From: a plasmid
Sequence record: NZ_CP128202.1
Direction: 5' to 3' (one strand)
DNA: 64,000 nucleotides
Below the pieces are notes generated by a model. That model ran no database searches. It worked only from the letters and a program-made list of their open reading frames with translations, and had not been told where the DNA came from. The position numbers were made by a program, and so were the translations under genes. Positions 31,267-41,435 of this stretch are shown piece after piece. The number at the start of each line of letters is the position of its first letter. The first letter of the stretch is position 1.

Positions 31267-32500
31267 AGGGCGGGATCGAACTTTAACCACTGAAAATAAA
31301 AGACTTTATTTTATTGGGAACTTTTCAAGGTAATCACGATCTGATCATGAAGTTAAAAATATGAGAAACTCGTGCATGATTATCATTGAGCAGCTAAAAA
31401 AAGTGAAAGATACCCGTTCGCATATCAACCAAGTGTATCCTGTTATGGAAGTGGCTTTCTTGGTCATAACCGCCATGATTTGTGGTCAAAATAAGTGGAC
31501 TGATATTAAGGATTTCGGCGAAGGAAATATCGAGTGGTTGCGTGAGTATCTCCCCTACGACAATGGTCTCCCCACTCGGCATAATATTGCCGCGATAATG
31601 AGAACTGTTGTACCAGAGACGCTCTTGGAAGCGATGGTAGGCTGGGTCAATTTGCACAGAGAAAAGCATGCTCAGCCCATAATCAGCGTTGATGGGAAGG
31701 TTCTAAAAGGAGCGAAAGCAAGCAAACAAGAACACCCTCTCTATATGGTTTCGGCATTTGACGTAGATGAAGGTTTGACTCTCACACATCAACCTTGTGA
31801 CGGTAAAGGTATGGAGCTAATAGCGATAAAAAACATGCTCGACGCTTTGGATGTCAGAGGGTGCTTATTAACTGCTGATGCGCTTCATTGTCAGGTTGAA
31901 ACACTGAATAAAGTGGTTGATAAAGGTGGTGATTTCTTAGTGCAAGTCAAACTGAATCAGCCAAGTTTGTTAGCAGAGATTGATGCGCAGTTCCAAGACT
32001 ATTGGGCTTTGCCAGAAGAACAACAGGAATCGTATATCACTGAAGATAAAGGGCATGGAAGAGAAGAGATTCGTGAGGTTTACGTGCTTCCTGCCTCCTT
32101 CAGCGAAGAACTCAAAGATAAGTGGAGTGTTGTAAAAAGCATTGTTGCGGTGGTAAGAGATAGAAGCGTCAAAGGGAAAGGAAGCTATGAAACATCGTAC
32201 TACATTTGCACAGACCATTTGTCTTTAGAGTTAGCCTCAAACGCAACAAGGAAACACTGGAACATCGAGAACCAGCAGCACTGGGCTTTGGACGTTATTT
32301 TCAAAGAAGACGAGCAGCGAATTTACGCTGGGGACTCAGCATTGAATATGGCTTGTTGTCACCGATTTGTGCAGAACCTCTTCAGGAAGTCAGAAGGGAG
32401 CGTGTCTGTACCAAGGAAGATGAATAAGGCTACGTGGGACAAAGATTATAGAGCAAAAGTTCTCTTTACATCAGCTTAACAAAGTACGTTCGCGCCCTTC
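31267..32500 (+). mobile_element. ISAs1-family insertion sequence
   Basis: 1234 bp. Imperfect IRs aagggcgggatcgaac and gttcgcgcccttc. 9-bp target duplication CTAGTGGGC at 31258-31266 and 32501-32509. It sits inside one of the conserved intergenic hairpin repeats between the exonuclease and ATPase genes. Confidence 0.85.
31361..32479 (+). CDS. ISAs1-family (H-repeat-type) transposase
   Basis: 372 aa. N-terminal KVKDTRSH...GEGNIEWLREYLPYDNGLPTRHNI and a DDE region typical of the ISAs1 family. Confidence 0.9.
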   Translation: MRNSCMIIIEQLKKVKDTRSHINQVYPVMEVAFLVITAMICGQNKWTDIKDFGEGNIEWLREYLPYDNGLPTRHNIAAIMRTVVPETLLEAMVGWVNLHREKHAQPIISVDGKVLKGAKASKQEHPLYMVSAFDVDEGLTLTHQPCDGKGMELIAIKNMLDALDVRGCLLTADALHCQVETLNKVVDKGGDFLVQVKLNQPSLLAEIDAQFQDYWALPEEQQESYITEDKGHGREEIREVYVLPASFSEELKDKWSVVKSIVAVVRDRSVKGKGSYETSYYICTDHLSLELASNATRKHWNIENQQHWALDVIFKEDEQRIYAGDSALNMACCHRFVQNLFRKSEGSVSVPRKMNKATWDKDYRAKVLFTSA

Positions 32501-32576
32501 CTAGTGGGCAGCTTTCAGTTGCCCGATAGGGTTGATATTCATTGAATTAGTCAATCGCTCGACTAATTCCCTCTTC

Positions 32577-33809
32577 TTAAAAATGCATGTTTCGTACAGA
32601 TTTTTCGAAGAAATTACTTGGTGACGTTGGGGTAGCGATCATTGGAATGACCTTGGCGGTTTCTGTCGGCTCAGGCTCAGTTTTCGGTTGAGTCTCTTCC
32701 GGCATTAACGCGCTTGGCGATTTCACCGTCATCACGTTTAACGATTCGGCTTGCACCGGTTCCGTTGAGTGTTCAGGTTGAACGTTCGCATTGTCGCTGG
32801 TTTGAACAGTCGGTGTGATGGTTTCTGGCTCATCAGTTACATTGACTAAGTAGTAAGACGACCCTTTCTTCGTGTGCTTAGCTAGTAACTCTGGTGGTAT
32901 CGCCACATTGAGATCCTTCGCCAGCTCATTAAGAACCGCTTGGTAGTCCACACTGCCATTTCGTTCCACTCGCGTAGCCCGAATACCACCTTTATCGAAT
33001 GTTTTGACATCACTAGGGATTTGCTCAGTGAAGTAACTTTCAAGCTGATTCACATCGGCCTTGACCGCATTCATTTTGCGTTCAATCTCACCTAGATACG
33101 CTTTTTTCTCTTTCAGTTGCTCCACTCGGCTTAGCCAGGTTGGATCAACTTGAGAAAGTGGCGTGTCGTACACAACGGTATCGCGGCCTTCCATCATTGG
33201 CGGTGGCGTCTTAGTTTGCACCAAGTTCCAGAACCACAATGCTTTTTGTTCCGCTTTTTGGATAAACGCATCGTCACGTTTAATGTTTACCGCAATTGAA
33301 CGTTTACCGCGCAAGTAAAAAAACAAACGACCTTGAGGGCTTCCGGCGCAGTTAAGTTGCCACTGCACTTGGGCAGCGTACATCTTGAACGTTGGCGCTT
33401 TGGATTGAAGTTCAACAAGTTCGTTGTAGATCTTTTCACAAGGACATTTGATTTCGAGCACTTCCCGAATGCCTTTAGAGATGGCTTGTAGGCCATCCAA
33501 AGACGCTTTGAACAGTGGATTATGGTCTGCTTCTACGCACACTGGCATATACACAATGCCGTATTGATCTTCCACGGCGCTTCGCGCTTCCGGCTCTTGC
33601 TCGACACCACGTTGAACGTGAAAGTTTTTAGACAGGTCATCTGGTTGTTTATAACCGACTAACTCTGCCCACAGTCCGTATGGGGTTTGATAAGGTGACA
33701 GGCCCATAATCACAGGGATCATGGAGGCTGTAATGCCCGTTTTCCGCCACGCAAACCATTTTTCACTACGTTGTACTAAGTCAACAATAGGCATAAGTGC
33801 CTCCTTCAT
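32577..33809 (-). CDS. YqaJ-type viral recombinase-domain exonuclease (lambda-Exo-like) with C-terminal extension
   Basis: N-terminal 300 aa carry the YqaJ pattern (RSEKWFAWRKTGITASMIPVIMGLSPYQTPYGLW ... ASLDGLQ ... EIKCP). An additional low-complexity C-terminal tail of about 100 aa. Confidence 0.8.
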   Translation of the reverse strand: MKEALMPIVDLVQRSEKWFAWRKTGITASMIPVIMGLSPYQTPYGLWAELVGYKQPDDLSKNFHVQRGVEQEPEARSAVEDQYGIVYMPVCVEADHNPLFKASLDGLQAISKGIREVLEIKCPCEKIYNELVELQSKAPTFKMYAAQVQWQLNCAGSPQGRLFFYLRGKRSIAVNIKRDDAFIQKAEQKALWFWNLVQTKTPPPMMEGRDTVVYDTPLSQVDPTWLSRVEQLKEKKAYLGEIERKMNAVKADVNQLESYFTEQIPSDVKTFDKGGIRATRVERNGSVDYQAVLNELAKDLNVAIPPELLAKHTKKGSSYYLVNVTDEPETITPTVQTSDNANVQPEHSTEPVQAESLNVMTVKSPSALMPEETQPKTEPEPTETAKVIPMIATPTSPSNFFEKSVRNMHF

Positions 33810-33825
33810 ATTGTGTTCAATAAAA

Positions 33826-33867
33826 AGGGCGCACTATCCCCTACGGGCAGTGTCGCCCGTTAGGGTA
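33826..33867. repeat. exemplar of a conserved intergenic hairpin-repeat family in the 28-42 kb island
   Basis: atcccctacgggcagtgtcgcccgttagggta. Related copies at 29718-29755 (tacccgctagggcaaatgatatgccctatggcgg), 30217-30250 (tacccacacgggatagataccccgcgtgggtta), 31250-31266 plus 32501-32540 (split by ISAs1: ctcccctagtgggc / agctttcagttgcccgataggg), 41199-41236 (tacccctacgggctttgtgtcccgtttgggg) and 41712-41748 (ggcccgtaagggatagtttatccccgttgggc). Confidence 0.6.
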
Positions 33868-33891
33868 GATGGATAATTAGGGTACTTTCCT

Positions 33892-34245
33892 TTATAGAGA
33901 AACGGTCACGCAGTATTCACGCGAGCCATTGTGGTTCTGGTAATCCGAGCTCACCGTTTTTAATTGCGCCACTGTGTGCTGACTGCTCAACGTCACCTGT
34001 TCGGTGAGAACATCTTGGGTTTGGGCTTGGCCCTTGCCTTCGGTTGTGATGCTTTTCAGTTCCGTTCTGGCATTCACGGTGGCCCCAAGCTCATGAGAGA
34101 GTTGCCCCTTTGCCAATGCCTTTGCGGTGATTTCATCAACCACCGGATTGCCAGTGTCCGGCACACAGGCTGAGCCGGTGATCGTCTTTGAGGCCGCGAA
34201 CTCACTCACCACCAGTAAGCTGACCAACAACAGATATTTATTCAT
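33892..34245 (-). CDS. small secreted protein (117 aa from MNKYLL)
   Basis: Signal peptide MNKYLLLVSLLVVSEFAAS. Its ATG overlaps the stop of the upstream gene (tATGAATAA), indicating translational coupling. Confidence 0.5.
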   Translation of the reverse strand: MNKYLLLVSLLVVSEFAASKTITGSACVPDTGNPVVDEITAKALAKGQLSHELGATVNARTELKSITTEGKGQAQTQDVLTEQVTLSSQHTVAQLKTVSSDYQNHNGSREYCVTVSL

Positions 34246-35437
34246 ATTTCCACTCGCTCGATTCTTTTTCCGGCACCACCACCACACGCGCATCCAGTGA
34301 ACTGATGCCCTGCAGTTCCGCTTGAGTCACGTTCTTGATGATGACCGGATTGCGATAACGGGAACGATGGTCAGCATCTAACATGCGGTTATCTTTGGAG
34401 TCATTGGAGAATTGAAGCGCGAAGTTGCTCCCTGCGAAGAAATCGCTTCGGCCACTGATTGGCAAATACCCCACTTTGTTCGCCGCTTTAATCTCAATAG
34501 CGACTGTATGACCGGACAGGTAATCCAGCAATTCGCCGCTGTAGGGCTTTAATTGTTTATTGCCACGGTTATTGTACGAAGGGAACTCAATGGTGTAGGG
34601 CGGTGCATGTCGGTCTTTCTCTTTCAGTACCAGATAATTCGACATGACGCTGCGCACCGGTTTCATCGGGACATTCCAACGCACCGGAACGTGAATGTTG
34701 TACGTTCCGTCAGTGTTCTTTTTGAACTCTGGATTGCCAAGCGAAATCTTTGTTTGGGTTTTTAAGTAGCCAAATACATCTCGGTTCACGGCCTCTTTCG
34801 CCAGGTCGTAGTCTTGTCCATCCAGCATCGCCAGTTGGAAAAGAGTACCCTGCTCGAACACTTTCTTTGTGGCCGCACGATTGCTATCGAGCTTTGCCAA
34901 CACCGCGTCACGCTCAGCCAGCAAATCCGTTCGTGCGCCCTCGTTAATCTTGCGGGTTAACTCAAGCACTTCGCCGCGCAGACGTTGATTGTCTTTCTCA
35001 AGTGCGTCCATCTTGGCCTTGCGTTCTGGATCGCTTTTCAGCTTTGCCAACCCATCACGAATGGACGCTTTGGACAGCTTTATTTTAGCGTAGGTATCGA
35101 GCACGAGACTGCCATTGGCTCCTACTGAACGCTTATCTTCACGGCTTAACACCTCAAGAAACCCTGCCGTTAACACGCGCACTTGTTGTTTGGTGATGGT
35201 TTGGTTTGACACCTGCAGCACCGATTCAATGTAGGTTCCGGCGTAGTCGGAAGCCGATTTCTTGGCTTGCTCTAGCGTGATTTCTCTGGCACTGGTTAAT
35301 GTGTCGTTATCACCAAGCACATAACGTTCCGTCACGTTCAGCGTGATGTGGTCCTGATTCTCGGAATCCAGCGATACGGCGGCATGAGTAGAGAAAGACA
35401 GCCCAACCAGTAGGGCCAGTAATGTTCGATTCATCAT
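34238..35437 (-). CDS. secreted coiled-coil protein (399 aa)
   Basis: Signal peptide MMNRTLLALLVGLSFSTHAAVS. Central coiled-coil (KAKMDALEKDNQRLRGEVLELTRK). Its N-terminal domain is paralogous to 27971-28430. Confidence 0.6.
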   Translation of the reverse strand: MMNRTLLALLVGLSFSTHAAVSLDSENQDHITLNVTERYVLGDNDTLTSAREITLEQAKKSASDYAGTYIESVLQVSNQTITKQQVRVLTAGFLEVLSREDKRSVGANGSLVLDTYAKIKLSKASIRDGLAKLKSDPERKAKMDALEKDNQRLRGEVLELTRKINEGARTDLLAERDAVLAKLDSNRAATKKVFEQGTLFQLAMLDGQDYDLAKEAVNRDVFGYLKTQTKISLGNPEFKKNTDGTYNIHVPVRWNVPMKPVRSVMSNYLVLKEKDRHAPPYTIEFPSYNNRGNKQLKPYSGELLDYLSGHTVAIEIKAANKVGYLPISGRSDFFAGSNFALQFSNDSKDNRMLDADHRSRYRNPVIIKNVTQAELQGISSLDARVVVVPEKESSEWKYE

Positions 35438-35448
35438 TTCGTCCTTTG

Positions 35449-35832
35449 TTAGTCAGCCCGAAACCAGTGAGAATCCAACCCCATGCTGGCGCACGCGGTA
35501 CAAATCAACTCGTTTCCGTTGTTCGTGATGATTATCTCCAAATCTGGCCGGACAACGCCGACGATATCTCGGTTACGCATCGTGACCACGATTTTGTTCC
35601 CCCTGACCAGAAACGGCTTATCCATGCTGCCAAATTTGCTTGAGAGTGTTGCGGTATCGTGAGTGAATTGAAGCGTAGCGTTTTGTTTCGACTCAGAGTA
35701 TTTGCCCTTGATAAATTCTTTATTGAAGATGTCTGACACATCAGCAGGAGGATAATGAGCGGTATCAGAATCACACCCTGATACCGCCAATGCGCTCACC
35801 AAACACCATTTACTCAGGCTTGATGAACTCAT
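35449..35832 (-). CDS. small lipoprotein (about 127 aa, start at MSSSSLSKWCLVSALAVSGC)
   Basis: Lipobox LAVSGC. Overlaps the end of the upstream gene. The supplied ORF 35449-35985 starts earlier, in a region shared with the 295-aa gene. Confidence 0.5.
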   Translation of the reverse strand: MSSSSLSKWCLVSALAVSGCDSDTAHYPPADVSDIFNKEFIKGKYSESKQNATLQFTHDTATLSSKFGSMDKPFLVRGNKIVVTMRNRDIVGVVRPDLEIIITNNGNELICTACASMGLDSHWFRAD

Positions 35833-36697
35833 ATTTTTTGCCTTGCGTGTAAATAGCGGGTAAGACTTCCGCATAGTCGGTATATATTTTATTGTCGTAT
35901 TCAGTTTGAGGCATTGATGATGTGTAGACATAAAACCCTTTGGGTAAATGCTGAGTAATGCCTGTATAGAATTCCGTAGTATCAATATTCTTGCCGCTCT
36001 CGACCGTGAATATTAAATGCGTTGGGATCATTATTAATCTATCTTTTATAGTGGATTTTTTCACCCCATAGGTATAATAGCTTCCCGCATTTCCCTCTAG
36101 CGATTGGTCGGTTTTAGTTAGCACCCCCTCCTTGGGCGTATTTATTTGAAAGCCCCCCATAAGGTAGTCCACTCCACCATGATTGAGGTAAAAAAGCTTG
36201 CCTCGCTCTCCCACGGGTTGCAATTTCACTTCCCCATATTTGCTTAATGCTTCAAGTGTCGCGGCATTGATTGTATCGATGATGTATTGCTGCGCATCCA
36301 GTTCCGAAGAAAACGGGGTAGCGTCTACTTCAATGATCCACTCTGTAGCGCCAGCAGCGTGATCGCGGCTGGCAATGTTGGCGACTGCCCCCCCTGCTAT
36401 ATCAATCGCACCCGTGAGATCCAGTGTCAGGAGTTTTAAGCCTCCAATTAACAAAGAGGGATTACCGCCACTTCTTGATCGGCCTACGGCTTGAGTAATT
36501 TCGGCTTCCTCTTCTCTGGTGAAGTCGCGGAGTGGGCTATCATTGCGCATCAGGATAGTTTGATTGGCTACGTTATAGGCGTAACTGTGTTCGTTGCTGA
36601 ATGGCATCGGTTCAACAGGCTTTGGGGTCGATTTACAACCCACTAAGGTCAAACCTAATCCAGCGGCAATTAAAATGGGTTTTATGTATCCTTTCAT
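35810..36697 (-). CDS. lipoprotein (295 aa)
   Basis: MKGYIKPILIAAGLGLTLVGC is a signal peptide plus lipobox. No recognisable domain. Confidence 0.6.
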   Translation of the reverse strand: MKGYIKPILIAAGLGLTLVGCKSTPKPVEPMPFSNEHSYAYNVANQTILMRNDSPLRDFTREEEAEITQAVGRSRSGGNPSLLIGGLKLLTLDLTGAIDIAGGAVANIASRDHAAGATEWIIEVDATPFSSELDAQQYIIDTINAATLEALSKYGEVKLQPVGERGKLFYLNHGGVDYLMGGFQINTPKEGVLTKTDQSLEGNAGSYYTYGVKKSTIKDRLIMIPTHLIFTVESGKNIDTTEFYTGITQHLPKGFYVYTSSMPQTEYDNKIYTDYAEVLPAIYTQGKKYEFIKPE

Positions 36698-36763
36698 TTT
36701 CTCGTTCTCATTTTTTGCTGATATAACACTACGGTATCACCGATTATTTTTTTCCAAAATGCA

Positions 36764-39700
36764 TCATTGGCTGCGACTCCACGCATCCTCATACGCATCG
36801 CGGCGAACTTCGTCAGCATCGATATTTTCCATACGCTCTCGATTGGCCTCTAGGACATTATTTCTGTCTGTTCCGCCTTGCTGAGTGTTCAAATTGGACC
36901 CTTTGCCCGTGAGGGAATCAATATTCACATTCACCATGTCGGTGTAATTCCCCGTACTGATGAGTATGCCAATCCATTCATCCAGATTCACTTCATCCCA
37001 ATCGACTTTATCCAAATCTTGAATACCGACACCTGTGCAGTTCGGTTTTTTCGCGGTTCCCCAATTTAAATTCATCTGTGACTGAGCATAAATTTGCTCC
37101 ATCATGATACGAGATAATGGAGAATCAAATACGCAGTAAGACTGGCGTTTTTCAATACAGGAACCAAGCACCTCTGTCTTACAATAGGAGCCAATTTTAT
37201 GCGTCGATAACAGCTCTCGTTTCATAGCTAAATCCAGCTCTTCCTCTTCGCATTCGTAGATAACATTGACCAGCAAATTAAACACGACATACGCCAGATA
37301 TGCGTAATACACATACATCAAGGCTTGTCCGGCGGCGGCCATTTCAGCACTTGCACCAAGAACCGCTTCACCAGCCGCACTTGTACCCACTTCTTGGAAA
37401 AACATTTTCGCTACCTCTGGACCAAAGGTGTCTATCAAAAACTGGTTGGTGTATTGCATCATTTGTTGTGCCACTGCGCTCATGAGGCCCTTGTTTGCAC
37501 CATCTGTTCCCATTTGCGCCACAATATCCGCCGGTGATATAAATTCACCTTGTACCGCCGACCAAGCAGATTGAGCCGTGGCACTTCCCCACGTTGATGC
37601 GGTTTCCCACACACCAGGATAGTTTTCCAACCCCATGACCTGACCCGTTAGCGCATCCATCTGCATCATTTTGGTCGTGAGCGAAATGTAATCAGCAAGC
37701 GTGACCGCTACAGGGGATTCACAGCAATTCTGCATCCCCCCCACCGCAATTTTGCATTCGGACGCAGTACCTTTGAAGAGTTCGCACGTAACGTTGGTAT
37801 CTCCCCCGCTACTGGTTGTGACCGACGAGGTGGACATGGTACTCATTGACATCGGCTGAGCAGTAGAACTTGCTGACGCAAGGCCCATGAGCTGCTGTCT
37901 GCCCACTGTCGTCAACGCAATGTTGTTCTGTTGTTCTTCAGCCATAGAAAGGAATTGCTCGGCCACGTACTGTTGCATCGTTTCTTGCGTCAGTTTGGCT
38001 TCCTCTGACCCCTGCAACTCGCTGCTTGCGTTCGCTTTGGGAATTAACGTATCCAGCATGTGCTCGAACGGCGAAAGAACCATTGCAATCACTTCTTGTG
38101 TTTGGGTCGGGTTTAGTGGTTCATTGTTCAATTCGAACTGTGATCGAACATTAGCCAACGGGGAAATACTACTGGATTCGCAACGGTTTTCTTCTGCATT
38201 CCAAATAGGGTAACTTGTAGGACAGCTAATGCTAGCTGGTTCTTCGCGTATGCAACGTCCAGTTGTAGCATTGTAATATGTACCTTCCTCGCTACACACC
38301 CATTCAGGAGGACTAACAGAGCCAGCTTTGCACTTACCAGTAGCACTATCATAAGAGCCTATCGCGCACACTGGATCCTTTGTAGTGTTGACATTAGTAC
38401 AAATCTCATAGGTATAGTTCCAATCTTGAGTCATAATACACCAGCCAGCAAAATGGCCAGTTCCATTATAATTACTTAACGTTCCTCTGCCTCTATTTAT
38501 GATATTTGAGCTAGGACCCCAACTAGAGTAATTTAACGTTCTACCGCAACCAGCACTACTACCAGAGTAATATTTCCACTGTTCTCGTTGTTTACCTCTC
38601 CAAAACGCACCACTACCTAAATAAGCGTTGCTTGGTTTAATCGTCGCTGGATCATCACCACAAAAATCATAGTAAGTGTTGTGGCAAAGACCATCGAGAA
38701 CCCTCGTTTCAGTCCTTGGTGTATTAAGCCCTGAATGCTCACCATTACTAATGACAAAGGCATCTTTATCGAAATAACAACCTTCCTTAATACCTACACA
38801 TTGCCCATTACTAAGTGTTAAACCACTGTCGCATTGAGCATCCGTATATGTAATACCGTTGCAAAGCCCAGTTGCAGCATCGTAAGTTTCATTTGCATTA
38901 TTGCATTTGGGTACTGCCGGAATATCAAGCAAACACTTATCATCCAAAACACTCCAAGGATCACCACCTTCAATCAACGGCACACCTTCAGGACACGTTG
39001 GTGTCGGCGGTATTTCACAATACCCCGTCTTGGGATTGAGCGTGTGATCAGGACTTGGGCAACCACTCGGAATGACTGGTGATTCTGCATTGGTACAGAC
39101 CTCATAAAAGGTATCAGTCGCCAGTTTTTTCTTTGCCTCACCACATGTATAAGTCACCCCATTTTTCTTCACGGGTATGCAGGTAGGAACGCTGGCATCA
39201 TCCACCACCACTTGATTTCCCACCAGCACTTGAATGCCATTGCGCGAGCTCGCGGCATAAAAATCGTTGTCAGAATAGGTACAGCCTGTTGGTTTCAAAC
39301 ATTGGTTAGTTTGTTTGTTGTAAACGAACCCGTCAGCACAACTTGGAACGGGAATGTATTGGTCCGGCGGTGCATCTGCATCGTATGGGGATTCGGGAAT
39401 GCCTTGGCAGGTCATGTCAGCTTTTGCGTATTTCAGCATTTCCAGATAGGCATTCACTTTGCCAAAATCTTCATTCGCGCCATCACGCGCAGGGCTGTAA
39501 CAATTCTCGCCAACACACTGAAGTTTGCCGTTACAGCGCAATACCTGCTCTTCTTTCGGCTGTCCCGTTGAAGCCGTGAAGCCACAATCGTAGGTGTCTT
39601 CTTGGACATAACAGTGGCCGGAGCTGCCTTCGGCCCCTTCCACACACTCACTCTTGATATAAGAACACGTAGGGTTCTCTTCGTATTTTTTACACTGATT

Positions 39701-41185
39701 GCGATCTACTGTGTCATTATCAAAACAGCGCTCTACCCCATTGAGATCCTTTGAGCAAAATTGGCCTTCGTTAAACCCACAGTTGGAAGTCACTTCCACT
39801 TTTCGACAAAACGGACTGATGCCTAAACTAGCAAATGGGTTCGATTTGAAATTAGACTCACAGACTTTCACCCCGTTCATCACCGTACAACCGGCTGCAT
39901 CAAGGCTTGGCATGTCGGTACACTGAAACGAGCCGGTACAGTAACCGTCATCGATCTGTTTTTTTACTTGGAAAGCTTTGTCGATGTTTTCTTGCGTTGT
40001 CCAATTGTCACCGTACACGAGATCGTTCATGTTGTAGTACACCAACAAAGAGGAATAGCCTTCCCCTTCCCCCGCTACAGAGGTGCGAGTTTTAAACGTT
40101 ATCTCACCATATTCAGGCACACTGGTGAATGAACTGGTGACGTTAATGTTAGGTCGGGTGTCCCAGGAAGTGCTTAACTCACATTTCGTCCCGACTTCGG
40201 GCGGAAATTCACCGTTCGGGCCGTTGTAGATTTTCACCCCGTTCAAATACACTTGGTGATAATCATCGAACTTCGAGCGATCCAGAACGGCATAAGTAAT
40301 TTTATCCGGCTTCAACACTTCAACGGACATGCTCTCTTCATAAATCGTACACCAGCCTGGCCAGTAATTGTTGCCTACTGTGCCGATCCAAACCTGTGTG
40401 CAGCCATTTCCGCAAGAAACAAGGTTCACCGGACCGCTTTTATGTCTCAAAATGCCGACTTTGTATTCGTGGCTGATGGTAAATGTCTCTTCGACAACCG
40501 GTAGTTTTTCGCACGTTTCGTATTTCGGCACATGGTAATCCTTGCCTGACGAAATGAGCTCAGTCGTGAGTGTGCAGTTGGCAAAGTCTTTGGTAATGTC
40601 GGTGAGGTTGTCGAGTACCTGATCGGTGTTCTTCCACATCGGATCGTTGCTTAAATCCGGCTTTTGAGTAGCAAAAGACCTCTTCAGTAGATGATAAGCT
40701 CGTTCACCGCTTGAATCGGCGGTTTCGAGTGTCTTTTGTTCGTATTTATCTTTCGCTAACTGGCCTTGGATAAGGGTTTTGGAATCACTGCCATAGGTGT
40801 CGGTATCAGCGGGGATGTAATCATTGTCGCGCTGACCCGTGAGCTCCTGTTTCGTCATAATGGCTTTGCCATTGACCATCAGCGAACCATCTGACGAAAA
40901 GGTTGGATTAGAGTGTGCGTTTTTGACAGGTTGTTTAACCTGTGTTTTTTGCACGTTTGCATTGGGTTGTTTCGCCAAAACCTTAAAGGTGAAGCGAATC
41001 AAGCAGAACGCAAGATAGGCAACCAACGAAACCGTTGCCAGTAGGATAAATGCTGCCACCATCCGAGCTGGATTCTCTGCTTGGTAAGCAACAAAGGCAC
41101 CAATAAAACACAAAGCAAAAACCGTGAAGTTTTTGAATGATGTTTTTGGTAGAAGTGTTGATAGGGTTTGAGTTGAAGTGTTCAT
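36764..41185 (-). CDS. giant cysteine-rich membrane-anchored protein with a TraN-like C-terminal region (1473 aa)
   Basis: Two N-terminal TM helices, then more than 1000 aa rich in Cys/Gly/Asn/Thr. The C-terminal segment KIGSYCKTEVLGSCIEKRQSYCVFDSPLSRIMMEQIYAQSQMNLNWGTAKKPNCTGVGIQDLDKVDWDEVNLDEW resembles the conserved C-terminus of F-type TraN mating-pair stabilisation proteins (recalled from memory, not checked). Confidence 0.5.
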   Translation of the reverse strand: MNTSTQTLSTLLPKTSFKNFTVFALCFIGAFVAYQAENPARMVAAFILLATVSLVAYLAFCLIRFTFKVLAKQPNANVQKTQVKQPVKNAHSNPTFSSDGSLMVNGKAIMTKQELTGQRDNDYIPADTDTYGSDSKTLIQGQLAKDKYEQKTLETADSSGERAYHLLKRSFATQKPDLSNDPMWKNTDQVLDNLTDITKDFANCTLTTELISSGKDYHVPKYETCEKLPVVEETFTISHEYKVGILRHKSGPVNLVSCGNGCTQVWIGTVGNNYWPGWCTIYEESMSVEVLKPDKITYAVLDRSKFDDYHQVYLNGVKIYNGPNGEFPPEVGTKCELSTSWDTRPNINVTSSFTSVPEYGEITFKTRTSVAGEGEGYSSLLVYYNMNDLVYGDNWTTQENIDKAFQVKKQIDDGYCTGSFQCTDMPSLDAAGCTVMNGVKVCESNFKSNPFASLGISPFCRKVEVTSNCGFNEGQFCSKDLNGVERCFDNDTVDRNQCKKYEENPTCSYIKSECVEGAEGSSGHCYVQEDTYDCGFTASTGQPKEEQVLRCNGKLQCVGENCYSPARDGANEDFGKVNAYLEMLKYAKADMTCQGIPESPYDADAPPDQYIPVPSCADGFVYNKQTNQCLKPTGCTYSDNDFYAASSRNGIQVLVGNQVVVDDASVPTCIPVKKNGVTYTCGEAKKKLATDTFYEVCTNAESPVIPSGCPSPDHTLNPKTGYCEIPPTPTCPEGVPLIEGGDPWSVLDDKCLLDIPAVPKCNNANETYDAATGLCNGITYTDAQCDSGLTLSNGQCVGIKEGCYFDKDAFVISNGEHSGLNTPRTETRVLDGLCHNTYYDFCGDDPATIKPSNAYLGSGAFWRGKQREQWKYYSGSSAGCGRTLNYSSWGPSSNIINRGRGTLSNYNGTGHFAGWCIMTQDWNYTYEICTNVNTTKDPVCAIGSYDSATGKCKAGSVSPPEWVCSEEGTYYNATTGRCIREEPASISCPTSYPIWNAEENRCESSSISPLANVRSQFELNNEPLNPTQTQEVIAMVLSPFEHMLDTLIPKANASSELQGSEEAKLTQETMQQYVAEQFLSMAEEQQNNIALTTVGRQQLMGLASASSTAQPMSMSTMSTSSVTTSSGGDTNVTCELFKGTASECKIAVGGMQNCCESPVAVTLADYISLTTKMMQMDALTGQVMGLENYPGVWETASTWGSATAQSAWSAVQGEFISPADIVAQMGTDGANKGLMSAVAQQMMQYTNQFLIDTFGPEVAKMFFQEVGTSAAGEAVLGASAEMAAAGQALMYVYYAYLAYVVFNLLVNVIYECEEEELDLAMKRELLSTHKIGSYCKTEVLGSCIEKRQSYCVFDSPLSRIMMEQIYAQSQMNLNWGTAKKPNCTGVGIQDLDKVDWDEVNLDEWIGILISTGNYTDMVNVNIDSLTGKGSNLNTQQGGTDRNNVLEANRERMENIDADEVRRDAYEDAWSRSQ

Positions 41186-41279
41186 AATGTGTCTCCATTA
41201 GACAAAAAAATGGGACACATTACCCCTACGGGCTTTGTGTCCCGTTTGGGGTTTGAATTAATATCGACCTATTTATCTA

Positions 41280-41396
41280 GATGATACTTTTTGCTGTAGT
41301 GCTTGACGACTTGCCATCCGACAATACCAAGTATTGTCACAAAGCCAATACACATACCAAGATAGATTAGTGCGCCAGTAGTCATATGATTCTCCT
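41280..41396 (-). CDS. tiny TM peptide (38 aa)
   Basis: MTTGALIYLGMCIGFVTILGIVGWQVVKHYSKKYHLDK. Not in the supplied ORF track, which only lists ORFs of 60 aa or more. Confidence 0.25.
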
Positions 41397-41435
41397 TTTC
41401 GATAAGTATAACAAAGTGGCGTTTTTTAAACCAAA

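Noticed and set aside
37300-40504. Many 60-120-aa ORFs on the plus strand inside the giant 36764-41185 gene
   Set aside because: All are antisense to a continuous 1473-aa frame, and their composition is Cys/His/Arg-rich. They are typical shadow ORFs.
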